DNA from: Patescibacteria group bacterium | Lineage (GTDB): Bacteria; Patescibacteriota; Minisyncoccia; Phycocordibacterales; UBA918 | NCBI GenBank assembly: GCA_019750255.1 | Contig: JAIEOU010000004.1 | Coordinates: 1 to 61,115, forward strand | Length of the DNA: 61,115 nt | Direction: 5' to 3' | Part shown: piece after piece, positions 56,483 through 61,115 of the stretch | How positions within the stretch are numbered: the stretch's first letter is position 1 | Layout: every line of letters begins with the position of its first letter | Made by a program: the position numbers and the translations under genes | Notes under the pieces: model-generated | What the model was told of the DNA's origin: nothing | What the model saw: the letters and a program-made list of their open reading frames with translations, nothing else | Databases searched by the model: none

Positions 56483-57132
56483 GTTTTATACAAACATTTC
56501 AATTTTGGAATAGCAGAAAAAACGTTCAGTATTTTAAAGACAAGCCAGCCGATCCGCGAATTGAGAAACGACTTATTGAGTTTCGGCAAAATAGCGCTAC
56601 TCATGTAGAAGCCCTTGATCTGGGCTGTGGTGGCGGGAGACATACTGAACTTTTGGTTACGTTAGGATTCTCAACGCACGCAATTGATCTTAACCCACAG
56701 ATGCTACGGTGCACTAAAGATAGAGTAGGTGGAAATAACATAATAACTCTTAAAAGGGCTTCAATTATAAAGCTCCCCTTTCGTAATAATTTTTTTGATG
56801 TCGTTGTCACAACCGGCGTTTTACATCAAGCCAAAAACATTACTGAGTACCAGTTGGCAATATGTGAGTTATCTCGCGTAGTGAAGCAAGGTGGATTAGT
56901 TTGTCTGAACATCTTTACATCCGCCAAACTTGATCCAACGTACAGAAAGAATAAGGATGTGTTTTCATTTAAAACTAAAGAGGGTTTGGATATGACTCTT
57001 TTAAATAAAGAGTTATTCTACAATATGATGAGTTGGTATGGTCTTACACTAGAGCAGGAGCTATCCGAAGACTTTGTGCAGGAGAATACTGGAGAGAGAA
57101 GTGTGTTGAGATGTAATTTTATTAAATTGTAA
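56479..57132 (+). CDS. class I SAM-dependent methyltransferase
   Basis: ALDLGCGGGRH (motif I), a post-I acidic residue (AIDLN) and VVTTGVLHQ. The start overlaps the upstream stop (ATGA). Confidence 0.8.
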   Translation: MSFIQTFQFWNSRKNVQYFKDKPADPRIEKRLIEFRQNSATHVEALDLGCGGGRHTELLVTLGFSTHAIDLNPQMLRCTKDRVGGNNIITLKRASIIKLPFRNNFFDVVVTTGVLHQAKNITEYQLAICELSRVVKQGGLVCLNIFTSAKLDPTYRKNKDVFSFKTKEGLDMTLLNKELFYNMMSWYGLTLEQELSEDFVQENTGERSVLRCNFIKL

Positions 57133-57142
57133 TTCAATCATT

Positions 57143-57700
57143 ATGAAAATTTCGTATGTAACAGGTAATGTAGGAAAGTTCGAAAATGCTCAAAAGTTCT
57201 TTACTCAATTTAATATTGAGGTTGAACAGTTACCAATTAAAGTTGAGGAGATTCAGAGTGGCAACTCACTTGAAATTGCTGTGGCAAAGGCCGAAGCTGC
57301 GTATGCACAAGTCAAAAAACCCTTGTTTGTAAATGACGCCAGTTGGATTATCCCAGCATTGGGTGGCTTTCCCGGTCCATTTATGAAATTTGTGAATCAG
57401 TGGTTCAAGCCACAAGATTTCATCAATCTCATGATTGATAAATTAGATCGTAGAATCATTCTTAAGGATAGTATTGTTTACATTGATGAGTCGGGACATA
57501 ATGTCTTTACCCATGAACACGTAGGGATAATATTAAATGAGGTCGCTGCCTTTGAGTATAAGAATCCAACCGATGTGGTAGTTTCACTGTCTGCCAATCA
57601 TTCATCAGTAGCAGAAGAAAAGTCAAAAGGTAGTTTTTTCATAGAAAATGAAGATGCTGTCTGGAAAGAGTTTGTTACATGGCTACAAAATAACAGGTAA
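57143..57700 (+). CDS. Ham1/ITPase-family non-canonical NTP pyrophosphatase-like protein
   Basis: N-terminal YVTGNVGKFENA (Ham1 motif TGNxGKxxE), then DASW.IPALGGFPGPF (compare D.GL....L.G.PG.Y). About 185 aa. Confidence 0.65.
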   Translation: MKISYVTGNVGKFENAQKFFTQFNIEVEQLPIKVEEIQSGNSLEIAVAKAEAAYAQVKKPLFVNDASWIIPALGGFPGPFMKFVNQWFKPQDFINLMIDKLDRRIILKDSIVYIDESGHNVFTHEHVGIILNEVAAFEYKNPTDVVVSLSANHSSVAEEKSKGSFFIENEDAVWKEFVTWLQNNR

Positions 57701-57781
57701 GCGCGTTGATTGACGCTATAATTATATATTGTATATTATTGATAGAGCTAGCGAGATCAAATATTGAGAAAGGAATGTCCA

Positions 57782-58879
57782 ATGAGCACGGTGAAAACAG
57801 CTCCTGCCTATGCTATCTACAAGATGGGTAAGTTGCTGGATCAAAGTGTCCAGGAGCTCGACCCGCTCGGTTTTGATAAGTACTTTGTTAGTGGCGAGTT
57901 TTCTCAGTGTGCCACAGCACGTTCTGCCGAAGCCATTCTGGTTTTTGTCGAAAAAAATGTAAATCCGATAAGCTTCGACACAATAGCCAGGATGAACGAA
58001 GTGTCTGCCATGGCCGCTGCTCGTGATCTCAATATGGTTGCATCTGTTGCGACTAGATTTGGGGTACCGATACACACGATGCCGCAGCTTGAGTCATTTT
58101 TACTGCTCCTGTCTGAAAAGACTCGAGAAGTTCCTACTGACACAGTGTTCGGTTACGGATCGCGGAATCCGGAAGGGAAGCGTCGTCGTTCGTTTACTGG
58201 AACCCCCGAAGAAGATTTGTTCATCGACTCTTTTACTGAGGGAATGAACAGTTTGATTGTTACACTGGCCGCCCTTGAAACCGTGCAAACAATGAGCCTC
58301 GCAAATGGGCGGTACTCACAGCTTGTGAGTGAGGCTGGGTCTGGTTTCAGTCAAATGTCCGAGTCGATCCTGCGTGTGCGCAAGCACATTACGCCGGATT
58401 TCTTCACCAACAAGCTCCGGCCATTTTTTGATCCCAAAACCATCCGCGGTAAGACATACTTTGCTGCGGGGGGAGCGCAGATGCCAGTGACTGTCGTTGA
58501 CTTGATTTTGTGGGGGGTCGAGGACAGTGATCGAATGTATCTTGGGTATCGTAGCGAACATCTGAGGTACCTACCTCGCTTCTATCACGCAAAGGTTGAG
58601 TCCATTTTTCAAAGTCCTTCAATTCTACACGCTGTCGGTGTTGAATTGAGTGGGGGTTTGCCAGCTAATTCACAAAATGCGAAGGCTGCCCTGGAGGCTT
58701 TGAGAGATTTTGCTGATCAGATAATCAGTTTTCGGGCTCCGCATCTTGGGGTTGCGAAAGCAAATATGAAAATCAGATCAGCTGGTTCGGTAGGTAGTGG
58801 GGGCTATGACCTTTTCATCCTTCAGTACCTCATCGATAGGACAAAGCGATTCAAAGCGAGTATGACGCCACCTAAGTAG
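57782..58879 (+). CDS. indoleamine-2,3-dioxygenase/PrnB-superfamily heme enzyme-like protein
   Basis: Collinear matches to recalled IDO motifs. [20 protein letters not shown] matches [29 protein letters not shown] matches [19 protein letters not shown] matches SLRSYHLQIV (proximal His). [13 protein letters not shown] matches GTGGTDLMNFLK. The ATG at 57782 is preceded by GAGAAAGGAA. Confidence 0.6.
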   Translation: [365 protein letters not shown]

Positions 58880-58890
58880 AAGATGACTCT

Positions 58891-58913
58891 GGGCCCGCCA
58901 TAAAAGCGGGCCC
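58891..58913 (+). terminator. rho-independent terminator closing the cassette
   Basis: GGGCCCGC-CATAAAA-GCGGGCCC. Confidence 0.7.
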
Positions 58914-59079
58914 ACATTCTTTTGTTACACATGAGTGTACCTATATGATATTTGAAATGTGTGTAACTCTTGACACTTATCGCTGCAGCCTGACCCTATC
59001 AGGCGGCTTTCAAATTCCAATCTATCATAGTTCCGTTTTGCTATGCTTCGCTCGCAAAGACGGTGGAGAAAGGTGAGTT

Positions 59080-59108
59080 TTGACAACCCCCTTTTATAGA
59101 TTTATAAT
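59080..59108 (+). promoter_or_regulatory. consensus sigma70-type promoter immediately upstream of grpE
   Basis: TTGACA (59080-59085), a 17-nt spacer, then TATAAT (59103-59108). The -10 lies only about 8 nt before the grpE ATG, implying a leaderless or near-leaderless mRNA. Confidence 0.6.
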
Positions 59109-59116
59109 GCGTGGGT

Positions 59117-59689
59117 ATGGTGAATAAACACGACAAACACGAACACGATGATGATATAGAGTTCACCAACGAAATTCCTGACACGATTGAATCAGAACTC
59201 GAAGATGAAGACATTGAAGAGTTAAGCGCAGCGAAGGTTAAGAAACTTCGCGACGCACTGAAAGAAGCTGAAGCAGCCAAACGCGACGCGCTTGAAGCCC
59301 TCGCGCGCGAGCGTGCCGATTTCCTTAATGCCCGCAAGCGCCTTGAGGAGCAAAAGGTATCCGACATGGAACGAGTAACCGCACGGCATATAGAAGCCAT
59401 CCTGCCGCTCGCAGACAGCTTCGAGATGGCCATGCAGGACCCCAAGTGGCAAAGTGCCGATGAGGTATGGCGCAAGGGCGTAGAGGGCATTTATGCGCAA
59501 CTCACGACCATCCTTCGAGCTTACGGAGTAGAAGAAATCATGCCGCTCGGGCAGCAGTTTAACCCAGTCGAGCACGAAGCGCTGACCGACAGTGGCACCA
59601 ATGATATCGTTGCAGCCGTTCTCCAGAAAGGTTACCGCAAGGGTGCGACGATTATTCGACCAGCCAAGGTGGCAGTAGGGACGAGCTAG
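59117..59689 (+). CDS. grpE: nucleotide exchange factor GrpE
   Basis: Acidic N-terminus, coiled coil, LLP.ADSFE.A, then G......L...L...GV..I...G..F.P..HEA and KGY......I.RPA.V.V. A GTG at 59111 is an alternative start. Confidence 0.85.
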   Translation: MVNKHDKHEHDDDIEFTNEIPDTIESELEDEDIEELSAAKVKKLRDALKEAEAAKRDALEALARERADFLNARKRLEEQKVSDMERVTARHIEAILPLADSFEMAMQDPKWQSADEVWRKGVEGIYAQLTTILRAYGVEEIMPLGQQFNPVEHEALTDSGTNDIVAAVLQKGYRKGATIIRPAKVAVGTS

Positions 59690-59763
59690 ACGGGAGTCAC
59701 AACACAACAGAAATAAACCTTGTACAAAGACGTATCAACACTAGTACCTAATTTCACATTACT

Positions 59764-61115
59764 ATGGCAAAAATTCTTGGAATCGACCTTGGAACCACTA
59801 ACTCGGCTGTCGCCATCATCGAAGTGGGCGAGCCAGTTATTATTGAAAATGCTGAAGGCAACCGCACCACACCATCAGTGGTGGCTATTTCAAAGACCGG
59901 CGAACGGCTCGTAGGGCAGATTGCCAAGCGTCAGGCCGTAACGAATCCAACCAATACCATCTACGGCATCAAGCGCTTCATGGGGCATACTTTTGATGAA
60001 GAGCATGTGCAGAAAGACAAGGCAATTGTTCCCTATGAAGTAAAAGCCGGGAAGGACGGCGGGGCAGTGGTTATGATGGCTGACAAGGAATACCGTCCAG
60101 AAGAAGTCTCCGCAATGATTCTCTCGAAGCTCAAGGCCGATGCCGAAGCGAAGACGGGTGAAAAGATCACCGAAGCCGTTATCACGGTACCGGCATACTT
60201 TAATGACGCCCAGCGTAAAGCCACCCAAGACGCCGGAAAGATTGCCGGCCTCGAGGTGCGCCGCATCATCAACGAGCCAACGGCCGCAGCCCTCGCTTAC
60301 GGATTTAACAAAAAGAAGGATGAAAAGATCGTTGTCTATGACTTTGGTGGCGGTACCTTTGACGTCACCGTCCTCGAGGTTGGTGACGACGTGGTCGAAG
60401 TACGCTCTACCGACGGCGACGCACACATGGGTGGTCGTGATATTGACCAGGAAATCGTCCGCTACCTCATCGAGGAATTCAAGAAGAGTAGTGGCGTAGA
60501 CCTTGGAAAGGACAAGCTCGCACTCCAGCGACTTGATGAAACCGCTGAAAAAGCCAAGCTCGAGCTCTCCTCAACCATGGAGACCGGCATCAACATTCCG
60601 TTCATCTCGCAAGGTACCGACGGTCCTCTCCATATGGACATGAAGCTTACCCGTGCCAAGCTCGAGGATTTGTCTCGCCAGTACATTGAGAAATCAATTA
60701 TGATTACCAAGCGTGCCATGGAAGCGTCGGGATTACAGATGAGTGAAATAGATGAAATTATTCTCGTTGGTGGTCAGACCCGTATGCCAGCGATTGTGAA
60801 TGAGGTAAAGACCCTCTTCGGCAAAGAACCAAATAAATCAATTAACCCCGATGAGGTAGTGGCTCTTGGTGCCGCTATCCAGGCCGGCATCTTCCAGGGA
60901 GATGTTAAGGACATTACACTTGTCGACGTTATTCCTCTATCGCTCTCAATCGAAACAATGGGCGGAGTTGCCACAAAAATTATTGAGAAAAATACTCATA
61001 TCCCGACGCGGAAGTCACAGGTCTTCTCAACCGCTGCCGACAACCAAACCCAGACAGAAATTCACATTGCCCAGGGTGAGCGCCCAATGGCTAATGACAA
61101 CAAATCCCTCGGCCG
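59764..61115 (+). CDS. dnaK: molecular chaperone DnaK (5' partial; runs off the window)
   Basis: [17 protein letters not shown]..., DLGGGTFDV-equivalent ([15 protein letters not shown]) and VGGQTRMP. There is no stop before position 61115. Confidence 0.97.
   Translation, partial: MAKILGIDLGTTNSAVAIIEVGEPVIIENAEGNRTTPSVVAISKTGERLVGQIAKRQAVTNPTNTIYGIKRFMGHTFDEEHVQKDKAIVPYEVKAGKDGGAVVMMADKEYRPEEVSAMILSKLKADAEAKTGEKITEAVITVPAYFNDAQRKATQDAGKIAGLEVRRIINEPTAAALAYGFNKKKDEKIVVYDFGGGTFDVTVLEVGDDVVEVRSTDGDAHMGGRDIDQEIVRYLIEEFKKSSGVDLGKDKLALQRLDETAEKAKLELSSTMETGINIPFISQGTDGPLHMDMKLTRAKLEDLSRQYIEKSIMITKRAMEASGLQMSEIDEIILVGGQTRMPAIVNEVKTLFGKEPNKSINPDEVVALGAAIQAGIFQGDVKDITLVDVIPLSLSIETMGGVATKIIEKNTHIPTRKSQVFSTAADNQTQTEIHIAQGERPMANDNKSLG

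Noticed and set aside
59890-60426. 178-aa minus-strand ORF
   Set aside because: It is antisense to dnaK, whose + strand reading is unambiguous.

Overview
The 61-kb window is mostly + strand and gene-dense, and every conserved gene is an intact ORF under the standard bacterial code. The housekeeping backbone is as follows. (a) A complete F1Fo ATP synthase operon, atpB-E-F-H-A-G-(extra ORF)-D-C, at 10.1-17.0 kb. (b) The infA-rpmJ-rpsM-rpsK-rpsD-rpoA-rplQ-rplM-rpsI block at 50.1-54.1 kb. (c) leuS, alaS, mnmA, ychF, mltG, sppA, pepF-like and grpE, plus a dnaK that runs off the right edge. (d) Two tRNA-Ala genes.

Accessory content:
- a CsoR-controlled copper cassette;
- an MhqE/MhqD-like dioxygenase/esterase pair;
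- a RhuM-Doc fusion;
- an RND/MFP efflux pair;
- an ATP-cone/Mrr-like nuclease;
- a Cas4-like nuclease overlapping an MGMT-family gene;
- many small membrane-anchored hypothetical proteins.

Shortened delta, epsilon and AlaRS, a Cys-less L36, a sigma-region-4/HARE-HTH protein and the many orphan membrane proteins suggest a reduced-genome bacterium of the Patescibacteria/CPR type. This is inference only.

Most notable observations:
1. An AT-rich, terminator-bounded cassette at about 54.9-58.9 kb between rpsI and grpE. It encodes a P-loop kinase-like protein, a beta-RFAP-synthase-like GHMP enzyme, a SAM methyltransferase, a Ham1/ITPase-like NTP pyrophosphatase and an IDO/PrnB-superfamily heme dioxygenase-like protein. 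I read it as a possible uncharacterised aryl-ribonucleotide or nucleotide-analogue pathway.
2. A ~100-nt hairpin-containing repeat family with compensatory substitutions. It sits directly after three stop codons, two of them inside the atp operon.
3. 64-bp inverted repeats bracketing a 3.85-kb segment that holds both tRNA-Ala genes and the copper cassette, next to tRNA-Ala 3'-end scars.

No CRISPR array, rRNA, transposase or integrase was seen.
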